64,000 bases of DNA, taken from contig CAZUTS010000002.1 in the NCBI GenBank assembly GCA_964623375.1, positions 126,081 through 190,080 of the forward strand, in the 5' to 3' direction. Positions 50,151 through 59,428 of this stretch are shown here, in pieces (positions within the stretch are counted from its first letter, which is position 1; every line of letters begins with the position of its first letter). The translations under genes were made by a program, and so were the position numbers. The notes beneath the pieces were generated by a model. The model made no database searches, was not told the DNA's origin, and saw only the letters and a program-made list of their open reading frames with translations. This DNA is from an uncultured Anaerolineaceae bacterium (GTDB lineage: Bacteria; Chloroflexota; Anaerolineae; Anaerolineales; UBA11579).

Positions 50151-51396
50151 GCTGCTCTTCCTCACATGGCTCCTCGCCGCATGCTCCGGCGGCGGAGCGG
50201 CTGGCTCACCAGCCTCCGCTGTGGAAACCTACTTGCAGGCACTCGTCTCAGTTGATGAAGTTGGTGCGATCAACGCATCCTGCTCCGCTTGGGAGGCGCA
50301 AGCGCGCCTTGAAGCGGCTGCCTACCAGGGTGTGCAGACCCAGCTTGAGAATCTGGAGTGCAGTCTGCTGGAGCAGGACGGCGACTCGGCCCTGGTGAGT
50401 TGCACTGGCCAGGTGCGCTACAGCTATGCGGGCGGCGAGGACCAGCTGGATGAGCTTGGCGGCCGCGTCTTCAGCGCCGTGGTGGATGGCGGCGAGTGGA
50501 AGATGTGCGGCCTGGCCAGCAATTCGCAGCTGGCCGAGGCGCAGGCCACCGCCACCGTACAGCCCCCCGAGCCGGCCACCAGCACGCCCGCCGCGTCCAC
50601 GCCGCCAGCCGCCCTTGGCTACACCGCCACGCCAGACACGCGCCCGCTGCCCCCCGATTGGCGCAGTTGGCCCATCATCCCGGAACCAAGCGAGTGGCTG
50701 GGGCAGGTGTATGCCGCGGGCTTGGCGCAAGGCAGTAACCCACAGCACTTCTCCGTAGCCGGAGACTGCCAGAACATTCCCGAAGCTTTCATGGGCGTCT
50801 ACGACATCCCCGAGCGCTTTTCTTTCCCCACCAATCAACAGTACCTGCTGGAGACGGTGAGCCACTTTACCGGCTCCTTCAACCGTGATGGCTTGGCGGT
50901 GGATGGCGGCTACAACTTCCCCGCCATCTTCACCCCGCTGCGTGCTGACCCGGCCGAGTGCGAGAACGGTGAAGATCCGCTGGCCTGCGAGATCCGCACC
51001 TGGCAGCCCTCCTTCATCTTCATCTCAATGGAATTTGTCTACGAGGGCCGCACCGCTGAGAACTATGAGCAGTACCTGCGTCAGGCGGTGGATTATGCGC
51101 TGCAGCACAACGTCATTCCAATTCTGCTCACCAAGGCGGATAACGTTGAGGGCGGCCATGCCATCAACGAGGCAACCGCACGCGTGGCCTACGAGTACGA
51201 TATCCCGCTAGTCAACTGGTGGCGTGCGGCTCAACCGCTGCCCAATCACGGTCTGGATCTTGACCGTGACAAGGGTTTGCGGCCGCCTGACTTTCACATC
51301 ACCTACGAAGCCTGGAGCGTGCGCTCCTACGTTGGCCTCAAGACCCTCGATACCCTGCGCCAGTCGCTGATAGACTGGGGTGTGGAGACACCATGA
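50104..51396 (+). CDS. Lipoprotein with N-terminal NTF2/DUF4878-like module, Pro/Thr linker and C-terminal SGNH-like module (GDC in the block I position)
   Basis: 430 aa. 'LLAACSGG' lipobox. 'FSVAGDCQNIPEAF', 'LLTKADNVEGG', 'PPDFHIT'. 47-nt overlap with the upstream gene. Confidence 0.45.
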   Translation: MNSSRRSLPSLTSLPKLLFLTWLLAACSGGGAAGSPASAVETYLQALVSVDEVGAINASCSAWEAQARLEAAAYQGVQTQLENLECSLLEQDGDSALVSCTGQVRYSYAGGEDQLDELGGRVFSAVVDGGEWKMCGLASNSQLAEAQATATVQPPEPATSTPAASTPPAALGYTATPDTRPLPPDWRSWPIIPEPSEWLGQVYAAGLAQGSNPQHFSVAGDCQNIPEAFMGVYDIPERFSFPTNQQYLLETVSHFTGSFNRDGLAVDGGYNFPAIFTPLRADPAECENGEDPLACEIRTWQPSFIFISMEFVYEGRTAENYEQYLRQAVDYALQHNVIPILLTKADNVEGGHAINEATARVAYEYDIPLVNWWRAAQPLPNHGLDLDRDKGLRPPDFHITYEAWSVRSYVGLKTLDTLRQSLIDWGVETP

Positions 51397-51650
51397 CCGA
51401 TAAAAACGAAATCATTTCCAAGCTGAATGCCTACATCGTCACCGAGCTGCTTAAGCGCCCGGACAAGACGATTGGCGCTGACGACGCGCTCATCTCCGGC
51501 GGTCTGATCGACTCGTTCTCGCTGGTCGATCTGGCCCTCTTCGTTGAGCAGAGCTGGGGCGCGCGTATTGACGACACTGAGCTCAATACCGAAACGTTTG
51601 ATTCGCTGGGCCAATTGGCCGATTTGATTGCAGCGCGTGCAAACTCGTGA
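51393..51650 (+). CDS. Acyl/peptidyl carrier protein (DltC/ACP-like)
   Basis: 85 aa. 'GGLIDSFSLVDLALFVE' phosphopantetheine attachment Ser. ATGA overlap with the upstream gene. Confidence 0.8.
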   Translation: MTDKNEIISKLNAYIVTELLKRPDKTIGADDALISGGLIDSFSLVDLALFVEQSWGARIDDTELNTETFDSLGQLADLIAARANS

Positions 51651-51716
51651 CTAGCCGACAAACAGACTAGATGACGTCTGCTAGTCGCTTGGTCAGTTAG
51701 TCGTACCCAGCTCAAG

Positions 51717-53375
51717 ATGTCTACCCTTGCATCCACCCTCATCGCCCGTGCCACCGAGGCGCCCCAGCAGCCCGCGCTCACCTTCGTTGAGCGCGGCGGC
51801 GAGCACACCATCAGCCGCGGCGAATTCTTGCAGGCCGCGCAGGCCTACAGCAGCCGCCTGGCCGCCGCTGGCCTGGGGGCGGGCGACCTCGTCATTTTGG
51901 TGCTGCAGCACTCGCTGGATCTGGTCTATGCCTTCTGGGGCGCCAGCTTGCTGGGCGCGGTGCCTTCTATCTTTCCATTTTTGACCGAGAAGCTCGACCC
52001 TGACTTGTACCGCCAGCGCGTCAAGACGCTGGTTGAACATTCGGACGCCAGAGCCATCATCACTTACCCCGAAAACGCCGAGCCGCTTTTGGAGCTGCTT
52101 AGCGAGTTGCCGGTTCAAATTCTGGTCACGGGCGCAACGGCTGCTGACTTCAAACTTCCTGCTTCTGAAATCTCACTTCGAAGTGAGGGCCTTGCTCCTG
52201 AAGCCATTGCCCTTCTTCAACACAGTAGCGGCAGCACCGGCCTGCAAAAGGGTGTGGCCCTTTCGCACCGCGCCGTGCTGCGCCAGGTGCAAGCCTACGG
52301 CAAGGCGATTGCGCTCAACCCACGCACAGATGTCGTCGTCAGCTGGCTACCGCTGTATCACGACATGGGTCTGATCGCTGGCTTTGTTATGCCGGTGCTC
52401 ACCGGCACGCACCTCGTGCTCATGTCGCCGTTTGAGTGGGTGCGCCAGCCCACCAGCCTGCTGGAGGCCATCGGCCGCCACCGCGGCACGCTGTGCTGGC
52501 TGCCCAATTTTGCTTATAAGCTGATCGCCCGCAGCGTGCGCCCCGGCGCTGAGTTTGACTTGTCTTCGTGGCGCGCCGTGATCAACTGCTCTGAGCCGGT
52601 ATACGATGAGAGCCACCAGGTTTTCGTGGAGAAGCTGGCTCCCTTTGGCTTCTCGGCGGATGCGCTGGCCGTCAGCTATGCCATGGCGGAGAACACCTTC
52701 GCCGTCACACAGACTGCCGTGGGCAAGCCGCCCACGGTAGACGTGGTGGAGATTGCCGCGCTGCAAGAACGCGGCGAAGCCATCCCCGCCGCGGAGGGCA
52801 AGCGCGTGGTGAGCTGCGGTGCGCCGATCGAGAGCGTTGAGCTGGCCATCTTCGATGCGGAACGCAAACCGCTGCCCGAACGCAGGGTGGGGGAGATTGG
52901 TCTGCGCAGCGAATTCATGCTCAGCGGCTACTACAAGCGGCCCGAGCTCAGCGAGCAGGCCATCACCGCCGATGGCTGGTACCTCACCGGCGACATGGGC
53001 TACCTGGCGGATGGCGAGCTCTACATCAGCGGGCGCAAGAAAGACCTGCTCATCGTGGGTGGCAAGAACATCTACCCGCAAGACCTCGAGGATATTGCCA
53101 ACCGCACCACAGGCGTCTACCCCGGCCGCGCCGTGGCCTTCGGCGTGCTGGACGAGCGCCTGGGCTCTGAGAAAGTCATCATCCTCTGCGAGCTGCAGGA
53201 GAGTGCTGACCCGGCGGCCGCCGAGCAGGAGCTGCGTGCCAAAGTGGTGCAAGAAACCGAAGTGACTGTGGGCGACTTGCGCTTTGTGCCGCGCGGCTGG
53301 ATCTTGAAGACCTCCAGTGGCAAGCACGCCCGCACCGACACCCGCGAGAAGTACCTGCGCGAGTTTACAGGCTAA
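51717..53375 (+). CDS. Adenylate-forming enzyme, fatty-acyl-AMP ligase (FAAL)-like
   Basis: 552 aa. 'LQHSSGSTGLQKGVALSH', 'WLPLYHDMGLI', 'YAMAENTFAV', 'GWYLTGDMGY', 'ISGRKKDLLIVGGKNIYPQDLE'. Confidence 0.8.
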   Translation: MSTLASTLIARATEAPQQPALTFVERGGEHTISRGEFLQAAQAYSSRLAAAGLGAGDLVILVLQHSLDLVYAFWGASLLGAVPSIFPFLTEKLDPDLYRQRVKTLVEHSDARAIITYPENAEPLLELLSELPVQILVTGATAADFKLPASEISLRSEGLAPEAIALLQHSSGSTGLQKGVALSHRAVLRQVQAYGKAIALNPRTDVVVSWLPLYHDMGLIAGFVMPVLTGTHLVLMSPFEWVRQPTSLLEAIGRHRGTLCWLPNFAYKLIARSVRPGAEFDLSSWRAVINCSEPVYDESHQVFVEKLAPFGFSADALAVSYAMAENTFAVTQTAVGKPPTVDVVEIAALQERGEAIPAAEGKRVVSCGAPIESVELAIFDAERKPLPERRVGEIGLRSEFMLSGYYKRPELSEQAITADGWYLTGDMGYLADGELYISGRKKDLLIVGGKNIYPQDLEDIANRTTGVYPGRAVAFGVLDERLGSEKVIILCELQESADPAAAEQELRAKVVQETEVTVGDLRFVPRGWILKTSSGKHARTDTREKYLREFTG

Positions 53376-53387
53376 GAAGCAAGACAA

Positions 53388-53420
53388 CAAAAAAAGACCG
53401 GCTATGCCGGTCTTTTTTTA
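53388..53420. terminator. Bidirectional rho-independent terminator
   Basis: aaaaaaagaccggc-tat-gccggtcttttttt between the convergent ligase and ftsH genes. Confidence 0.85.
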
Positions 53421-53433
53421 TCTTCTGCTTGCA

Positions 53434-55317
53434 CTACTTGGCGCTGCGGCCGTTGGCTCCCACGAACACCGGCGTGCCGCCGATGCGCTTGGGCGCCTTG
53501 GGCATCAGCTTCTCGAACTCTTCGCGGGAGATGGATTCAACTTCCACCAGCTTCTCCGCGATCTTCTTGAGCTCTTTGCGATACTTGGTCAAGATCTTCT
53601 TGGCCTGAGCATAGGCACCGTTGACCAACTTCAGCACTTCACGGTCAATCTCTTCGGCAATCGCCTCAGAGTAGTCCTTCTGCTCAGAGATCTCACGGCC
53701 CAGGAACACCAGCTCTTCCTTCTGGCCATACACGCGCGTACCCAGTTTCTCGCTCATACCCAGGCGCATCACCATCTGACGGGCGATCTGGGTCACGCGC
53801 TGGATATCGCTGGATGCGCCGGAGGTGATGTCGTCAAAGATCAGCTCTTCGGCGGCGCGGCCACCCAGGGCTACGGTCATCGCGTCGTTGAACTTGTTGC
53901 GGCTCCACATCTCGCGGTCTTCTTCCGGCAGGGCCAGCATGTAGCCGCCAGCCGCGCCACGCGGGATGATGGTCACCTTGTGCACAGGGTCGGCATTGGG
54001 CAGCACATGGCTGAGCACAGCGTGGCCAGCCTCGTGGTAGGCCACGATCAGCTTCTCTTCAGGGCTGATGATCTTGCTGCGGCGCTCAGGGCCGCCCAAC
54101 ATCACGCGCTCCACGGCCTCTTCCAGCTCTTCCTGCCCGATGGTCTTCTTGTTGCGGCGGGCAGACAGGATGGCGGCTTCGTTCACCATGTTTTCCAGGT
54201 CAGCACCTACGAAGCCCGGGGTGGCACGCGCCAGTGTGATCAGTTTGACTTCCTTGGCCAGCGGCTTGCCGCGTACATGCACCTTGAGGATAGCTTCGCG
54301 TCCGGTGACATCGGGCGGATCCATCGTTACGCGGCGGTCAAAGCGGCCGGGGCGCAACAGGGCCGGGTCCAGAATGTCGGGGCGGTTGGTGGCGGCGATC
54401 ATGATGATGTTGGTGTCGGTATCGAAACCGTCCATCTCCACCAGCATTTGGTTCAGGGTCTGCTCACGTTCATCGTGGCTGCCACCCAGGCCCGCGCCAC
54501 GTTGGCGGCCCACGGCGTCAATTTCGTCGATGAAGATGATGCACGGGGAGTGGCGCTTGGCCTGGTCAAACAGGTCACGCACGCGGCTGGCGCCCACGCC
54601 CACAAACATTTCAACGAACTCAGAGCCAGAGATGGAAAAGAACGGCACGCCTGCTTCACCAGAGACGGCTTTGGCCATCAGGGTTTTACCGGTGCCGGGT
54701 TGGCCCACCAGCAGCACACCTTTGGGGATGCGCGCGCCGAGGGCGATGAACTTCTCAGGCTCTTTGAGGAACTCAACAATTTCCTGCAGGTCTACCTTGG
54801 CTTCGTCTGCACCGGCCACGTCACTGAAGGTGACGGTGGGGTTCTCACCAGAGAACATGCGGGCGCGTGACTTGCCAAAGGACATGGCAGCGTTGTTGCT
54901 GCCCTGCGCCTGGCGCATCACAAACCAGAAGATCAGACCTACGAAGATGAGGGGGCCGAGGTAGGTCAGCACCGTCAGGATGCCGAGCCAGGCGCTGGGC
55001 GGGCGCACCTCGAGCTCGAGGCTTTGCGCGCTCAGTTCCTCGGCAGTCACACCAAGGTCCAGCAGCTGCTGTACGGTGGTCTGGCCGGGCTCACGCAGCG
55101 CGGTGCGCTCCGTGCCGTCTTTGTAGACCAGGCGCAGAGTTTCATCATCGGTGACCAGGCGGGTTACTTGCCCAGCCTTGATGTCTGCGGCGACTTGGTT
55201 GAGGGTAAGGGTCTCCTGTGCGCCGGTCTGCTGCTGCAGGCTGAACACCAGAAAGAAGGCTAGTGCAGCCAGGAACAGGATATAGATAAGGGATACTCGC
55301 GTGCGAGGGCTATTCAA
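53434..55317 (-). CDS. ftsH: ATP-dependent zinc metalloprotease FtsH
   Basis: 627 aa. '[13 protein letters not shown]', '[12 protein letters not shown]', 'HEAGHAV'. TTG start with GGAGG 8 nt upstream. Confidence 0.95.
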   Translation of the reverse strand: MNSPRTRVSLIYILFLAALAFFLVFSLQQQTGAQETLTLNQVAADIKAGQVTRLVTDDETLRLVYKDGTERTALREPGQTTVQQLLDLGVTAEELSAQSLELEVRPPSAWLGILTVLTYLGPLIFVGLIFWFVMRQAQGSNNAAMSFGKSRARMFSGENPTVTFSDVAGADEAKVDLQEIVEFLKEPEKFIALGARIPKGVLLVGQPGTGKTLMAKAVSGEAGVPFFSISGSEFVEMFVGVGASRVRDLFDQAKRHSPCIIFIDEIDAVGRQRGAGLGGSHDEREQTLNQMLVEMDGFDTDTNIIMIAATNRPDILDPALLRPGRFDRRVTMDPPDVTGREAILKVHVRGKPLAKEVKLITLARATPGFVGADLENMVNEAAILSARRNKKTIGQEELEEAVERVMLGGPERRSKIISPEEKLIVAYHEAGHAVLSHVLPNADPVHKVTIIPRGAAGGYMLALPEEDREMWSRNKFNDAMTVALGGRAAEELIFDDITSGASSDIQRVTQIARQMVMRLGMSEKLGTRVYGQKEELVFLGREISEQKDYSEAIAEEIDREVLKLVNGAYAQAKKILTKYRKELKKIAEKLVEVESISREEFEKLMPKAPKRIGGTPVFVGANGRSAK

Positions 55318-55485
55318 GCGGGGCCTCCGGAAGGTAGAACAATCGCGGGATTATACCAACCTCGCCCCCTCTTATATGCCCTGCGCTTACTTCTTATACA
55401 TCTCTTACGTGCCGGCCGGGGTGACAGCTTGCTGGAAAATTTGCCACAGATGAACGCAGATAGACGCCGATAACTGCAAAAACCA

Positions 55486-55513
55486 GATTGCTTCGCTTCG
55501 CTCGCAATGACGG
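55486..55513. repeat. Family-A element, single unit
   Basis: gattgcttcgcttcgctcgcaatgacggg. Confidence 0.7.
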
Positions 55514-55520
55514 GATGGGC

Positions 55521-55562
55521 AAAATAAAAACACGCTGCCGAAAGGCAGCGTGTTTTTATTTT
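55521..55562 (-). terminator. Rho-independent terminator downstream of fabH (A/T tracts on both sides)
   Basis: aaaaacacgctgcc-gaaa-ggcagcgtgttttt. Confidence 0.8.
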
Positions 55563-55585
55563 GCGAGGTCTGGGGCGTGCGGGAA

Positions 55586-56689
55586 TCAGCCCTTGCGGCC
55601 CCACAAGAGCCCTTCGATGCGCCGCCAGATGCGGCGCATCAGCGAGCGCAGCCAGGCGAAGCGTGTGTAGCGGTGAATGCGGATAGGCTCGGCCTCGGCA
55701 AACGGCCCAGACCATTGCAGGGCCAGTGAGCCCCAGGTCAGCCCGGCACCAAAGCCCACCAAGACGGTATTGTCGCCCTTGTTCAGAAGGCCTTCTTCCA
55801 CGGCTTCGCACACCGCAATGGGGATGGAGGCGGTGGAGGTGTTGCCGTAACGGTCAATGTTGACCATGAAGCGTTCCATGGGCAGCTTCAAGCCGCGGGC
55901 GGCGGCTTGAATGATGCGGAAGTTGGCCTGGTGCGGCACGATGAGCGAAACATCCTCAACGTTCAGGTTGGCCTTGTCCATGGCTTCTTTGGAGGCGGCT
56001 GCCATCACGCGGGTGGCAAAGCGAAAGACTTCATTGCCGTTCATGTGAATGAAGTGCAGGCCAGCATCGATCGTGGCTTGCGAGGCTGGCTTGGCGCTGC
56101 CGCCAGCCGGGATGGTGAGCAAGCCACCGCCGGAGCCGTCTGAGCGCAGCACGGAGGAGAGCACGCCACCCGGTTGGTCAGAGGCTTGCAGCACAAAAGC
56201 GCCAGCGCCGTCACCAAACAAGATACAGGTGGTGCGGTCGTTCCAGTCCACCAGGCGCGAGAGTGTCTCTGAGCCGATCACCAGGGCGTTCTTGATGGCG
56301 CCACTGCGAATCGATTGCGAAGCCATGCTGACTGCGTATATGAAGCCAGTGCACGCCGCGGAGAGGTCAAAGGCGCCAGCGCGGTCCGCACCGATGCGGT
56401 CCTGCACCAGGCTGGCGGTGGAGGGGAACAAGTGCTCCGGCGAGGAGGTGGACACGATGATGAGGTCAAGCTCGTTCGGCGGCAGCTTGGCCACGCGCAG
56501 GGCGTTGATGGCGGCTTCAGCGGCCAGTGAGGCCGTGGTCTGGCCCTTGGCGGCGATGCGGCGCTCACGGATGCCGGTGCGCTCACGGATCCACGCGTCA
56601 TTTGTTTCCACGATTTTGGCCAGATCGTCATTGGTCATGACTTTCTCTGGCACGCTCATGCCCCAGCCGGTGACGTGTGCGTAAGGCAT
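55586..56689 (-). CDS. fabH: 3-oxoacyl-ACP synthase III (FabH) with a ~41-aa basic/aromatic C-terminal extension
   Basis: 367 aa. 'TNDAWIRERTGIRERR', 'SAACTGF', 'PHQANFRI', 'GNTSTASIP', 'GFGAGLTWG'. Then the extra 'SGPFAEAEPIRIHRYTRFAWLRSLMRRIWRRIEGLLWGRKG'. Confidence 0.9.
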   Translation of the reverse strand: MPYAHVTGWGMSVPEKVMTNDDLAKIVETNDAWIRERTGIRERRIAAKGQTTASLAAEAAINALRVAKLPPNELDLIIVSTSSPEHLFPSTASLVQDRIGADRAGAFDLSAACTGFIYAVSMASQSIRSGAIKNALVIGSETLSRLVDWNDRTTCILFGDGAGAFVLQASDQPGGVLSSVLRSDGSGGGLLTIPAGGSAKPASQATIDAGLHFIHMNGNEVFRFATRVMAAASKEAMDKANLNVEDVSLIVPHQANFRIIQAAARGLKLPMERFMVNIDRYGNTSTASIPIAVCEAVEEGLLNKGDNTVLVGFGAGLTWGSLALQWSGPFAEAEPIRIHRYTRFAWLRSLMRRIWRRIEGLLWGRKG

Positions 56690-57945
56690 TATGCAGCTGC
56701 TTTCAAGTCCTGCGCTGCGCCCAGGATGATGGTGGCGTTGTGGCCGCCAAAGCCAAACGAGTTAGACATGACCGTGTGCATCTCTTTCTGCGCTGCCTTG
56801 TTGGGAGTGTAGTTGAGGTCACACTCCGGGTCAGGCACTTCATAGTTAATCGTGGGTGGCACTATGCTATCGCGCATGGCCATCAATGAAAACACGGCTT
56901 CCAAGGCGCCGCCGGCGCCCATCAGGTGGCCGGTCATCGATTTAGTGGAGGAGATGGCTACATCGTAGGCGCGCTCGCCAAACACAGCTTTGATGGCTGC
57001 CGTCTCACTCTTGTCGTTCAGCGGGGTGCTGGTGCCGTGGGCGTTGATGTAATCGATCTGCGCGGGCTGCATGCTGGCTTGTTCCAGGGCCATGCGCATA
57101 CAGTCGGCCGCGCCGCGCCCATTCTCAGACGGGGCGGAGATGTGGAAGGCATCGTTGGTGCTGCCGTAGCCCAGCACTTCGCCGAGGATATTGGCACCGC
57201 GTGCCTGGGCGTGCTCAAGCGACTCGAGCACCAGCACCGCCGCGCCTTCGCCCATCACGAAGCCGTCGCGTTCTTTGTCGAAGGGGCGTGAAGCATGCAA
57301 GGGGTCGTGGTTACGCGTGCTCAAGGCGGTCATGTTACCCAAGCCGGCCACCGAGGGTTGCACGATGGCAGCTTCGGAGCCGCCGGCCAGCATTACGTCA
57401 GCCTGGCCGCGGCGGATCACCTCGGCGGCCTCGCCAACAGCGTTGGTGCCGGTGGCGCAGGCCGTCACGACGGCGAAGTTAGGGCCTTGAATTTGCAGGT
57501 GGATGGCGATCATGCCACCCACGGTATCGGCCAGCATCATCGGCACCATGAAGGGACTAACGCGGTCTGGGCCTTTTTCGACCAGGGTCTTGATCTGCTC
57601 ATACAGCGTATGAGCCCCGCCGATGCCGGTGCCCACAATGGCGCCGATGCGCAGGCGGTTGCTGTCATTGATCTCCAGCTTGGCATCGGCCACGGCCTGA
57701 ATGGCGGCAGCCAGCCCGAGCTGGCTGTAGCGGTCCATACGGCGCGCCTCACGCGTGCCGTACAGCGCCGCGCCGTCAAAACCCTTCACCTCGCAGGCGA
57801 TTTGGGTCTTATAGCCAGTGGGGTCGTAGTGCGTAATGCGGCCAGCGCCAGACACACCCGCCACGGCGTTTTGCCATGAGGTGGAGATGTCATTACCAAG
57901 CGGGCTTAGGCAGCCTAAGCCGGTGATTACGATGCGTTTTTTCAT
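56689..57945 (-). CDS. fabF: 3-oxoacyl-ACP synthase II (FabF)
   Basis: 418 aa. 'VVTACATG', 'INAHGTSTPLND', 'KSMTGHLMGAGG', 'NSFGFGGHN'. Confidence 0.95.
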   Translation of the reverse strand: MKKRIVITGLGCLSPLGNDISTSWQNAVAGVSGAGRITHYDPTGYKTQIACEVKGFDGAALYGTREARRMDRYSQLGLAAAIQAVADAKLEINDSNRLRIGAIVGTGIGGAHTLYEQIKTLVEKGPDRVSPFMVPMMLADTVGGMIAIHLQIQGPNFAVVTACATGTNAVGEAAEVIRRGQADVMLAGGSEAAIVQPSVAGLGNMTALSTRNHDPLHASRPFDKERDGFVMGEGAAVLVLESLEHAQARGANILGEVLGYGSTNDAFHISAPSENGRGAADCMRMALEQASMQPAQIDYINAHGTSTPLNDKSETAAIKAVFGERAYDVAISSTKSMTGHLMGAGGALEAVFSLMAMRDSIVPPTINYEVPDPECDLNYTPNKAAQKEMHTVMSNSFGFGGHNATIILGAAQDLKAAA

Positions 57946-58040
57946 TTGTATAAACCCTTTGTTGGAGCTTTAAGTTTATAACCCAACCCTATAGGCAGGG
58001 ATACGCAGCAGTTTGGCGCGTTGTGGGATTTTGTGCAGCT

Positions 58041-58931
58041 CTACGCTTTGGCTGAACTACCTTTTGGCTTCAACTGCACCAGGGCTGTGCCTACCGCGGC
58101 CAACAACAGGCCGATGCCTTGGATGGGCGTGATACGCTCTCCCAGGAAGACCCAGGCCAGAATGGCAATTTGGATCAGCATGGTGTTATTGATCACGCCC
58201 GATTCGGCTGCGGGCAGAATACGCTGGGTTTGATTCCATAGAATGAAGGCGAAGGCCGTATTGACTGCCGCCAACCAAAAAATGATGAGCACTTCACGCC
58301 CGCTGAGGCTCGGCCACGGCTCATAAACAAATGCCAGTGCCAGCAGAACCGCCGCACCCACGCCGATGCTCAGCGCTGTGACAGTGAGTGCGCTAAGTTT
58401 GGTCTTGCGGTTGAAGGCACGCCCTTGGATAGCACCAACTGAGGTGGCCAGCACGCCCAGCGCGCCAATACCCAGCCCTAGCGGTGGCGCTGCCTCGAGC
58501 CGGCCAAAGTATATGAAGGCGCCAATGATTGAGACGGCAACGCCCATCCATTGCAAGCCGCGCAGCCGCTCGCCGAGGAACAGTACACCCAGGAACGCGA
58601 TCACTGGCGTGCTCATGCTCAACATTAGGCTCAGAGTGGGGGCGGGCAGGTGGGCCAGCGCCAGGAACTGCGCGCCTTGCGTGATGGTGATCATCACCAG
58701 GCCCAGCAGCACCAACGCCAGCACATCATTGCGCTGTAGGCTAGCCAGCTGGCGGCGGCCGCTGGGCCGCAGCAGCCAGGGCAGCAGGATCAGCGCAGCC
58801 AGCCCGTAGCGCAGGCCGGCAAACAGCAGCGGCGGAATTTCGCCCAAGCCGAATTTGATCAACACCCATGAGGTTGACCACAGGAAGGTAACGAGGAGCG
58901 CTTGCCAGATAGCTTTGGTATGGTTAGTCAT
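58041..58931 (-). CDS. EamA/DMT superfamily transporter
   Basis: 296 aa, 10 TM, two EamA-like halves. Confidence 0.75.
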   Translation of the reverse strand: MTNHTKAIWQALLVTFLWSTSWVLIKFGLGEIPPLLFAGLRYGLAALILLPWLLRPSGRRQLASLQRNDVLALVLLGLVMITITQGAQFLALAHLPAPTLSLMLSMSTPVIAFLGVLFLGERLRGLQWMGVAVSIIGAFIYFGRLEAAPPLGLGIGALGVLATSVGAIQGRAFNRKTKLSALTVTALSIGVGAAVLLALAFVYEPWPSLSGREVLIIFWLAAVNTAFAFILWNQTQRILPAAESGVINNTMLIQIAILAWVFLGERITPIQGIGLLLAAVGTALVQLKPKGSSAKA

Positions 58932-59065
58932 GGTGAAGAGGTGCGAAGCCGAAAGTCTAACTCAAAGGCAAGTAAGAATGCGGAAGTCGGAATTGTGAAG
59001 TGGCGCTTGGATGCAAAGAAAATTCTCACTGCTTCATTCTAAAATCTAACTTGCTTTTGGCCTTT

Positions 59066-59428
59066 TTATTCCGGCCCGACCACAAAGACTGGAGGCAGCG
59101 GATGGCACTGGCCACAGCCGATGCGCGGCTCTTCTACGCTGGCCTGGCTCAGGCTGCATTCGGCTTTGATCTGCACCGCCGGCTTCATAAAGAAGAGCGG
59201 CTTATGAATGCTCGGTATCAAGGTCTGGTGTTCACAGGCGTTGGCGGCAAGGATGCCGGGCACCGGGCACTCATTGCACAGGCTCGGCTCCCACTGCAGG
59301 CGATACGCATCCAGCAGGCGGCAGCGTTCGACGTTGCGGCCGCGGAAGTAATCGCCGTGAAAGTGCTTGCACTCTTTGCCTGCTGGCGTGATCATGCGAG
59401 GATTATAGCGGGGCAGAAAGCTATCCAC
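59066..59428 (-). CDS. Cys-rich small protein, hypothetical
   Basis: 120 aa (or shorter from 'MITPAGKEC'). 'CKHFHGDY...CRLL...CNECPVPG...CEH...CGQCH'. No family recognised. Confidence 0.4.
   Translation of the reverse strand: MDSFLPRYNPRMITPAGKECKHFHGDYFRGRNVERCRLLDAYRLQWEPSLCNECPVPGILAANACEHQTLIPSIHKPLFFMKPAVQIKAECSLSQASVEEPRIGCGQCHPLPPVFVVGPE

Noticed and set aside
53317-54870. 517-aa plus-strand ORF opposite ftsH. Similar long antisense ORFs occur at 16085-17590 (-), 4210-5394 (-), 41113-42204 (+), 29306-30421 (+), 52347-53390 (-), 45670-46581 (+) and 33606-34262 (+).
   Set aside because: Each lies antisense to a gene with unmistakable conserved motifs (FtsH, cytochrome c, PGM, ABC ATPase, AlaS, the ligase). 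Their translations are Arg/Ala/Gly/His-rich low-complexity strings, typical of stop-codon-poor frames in GC-rich DNA.
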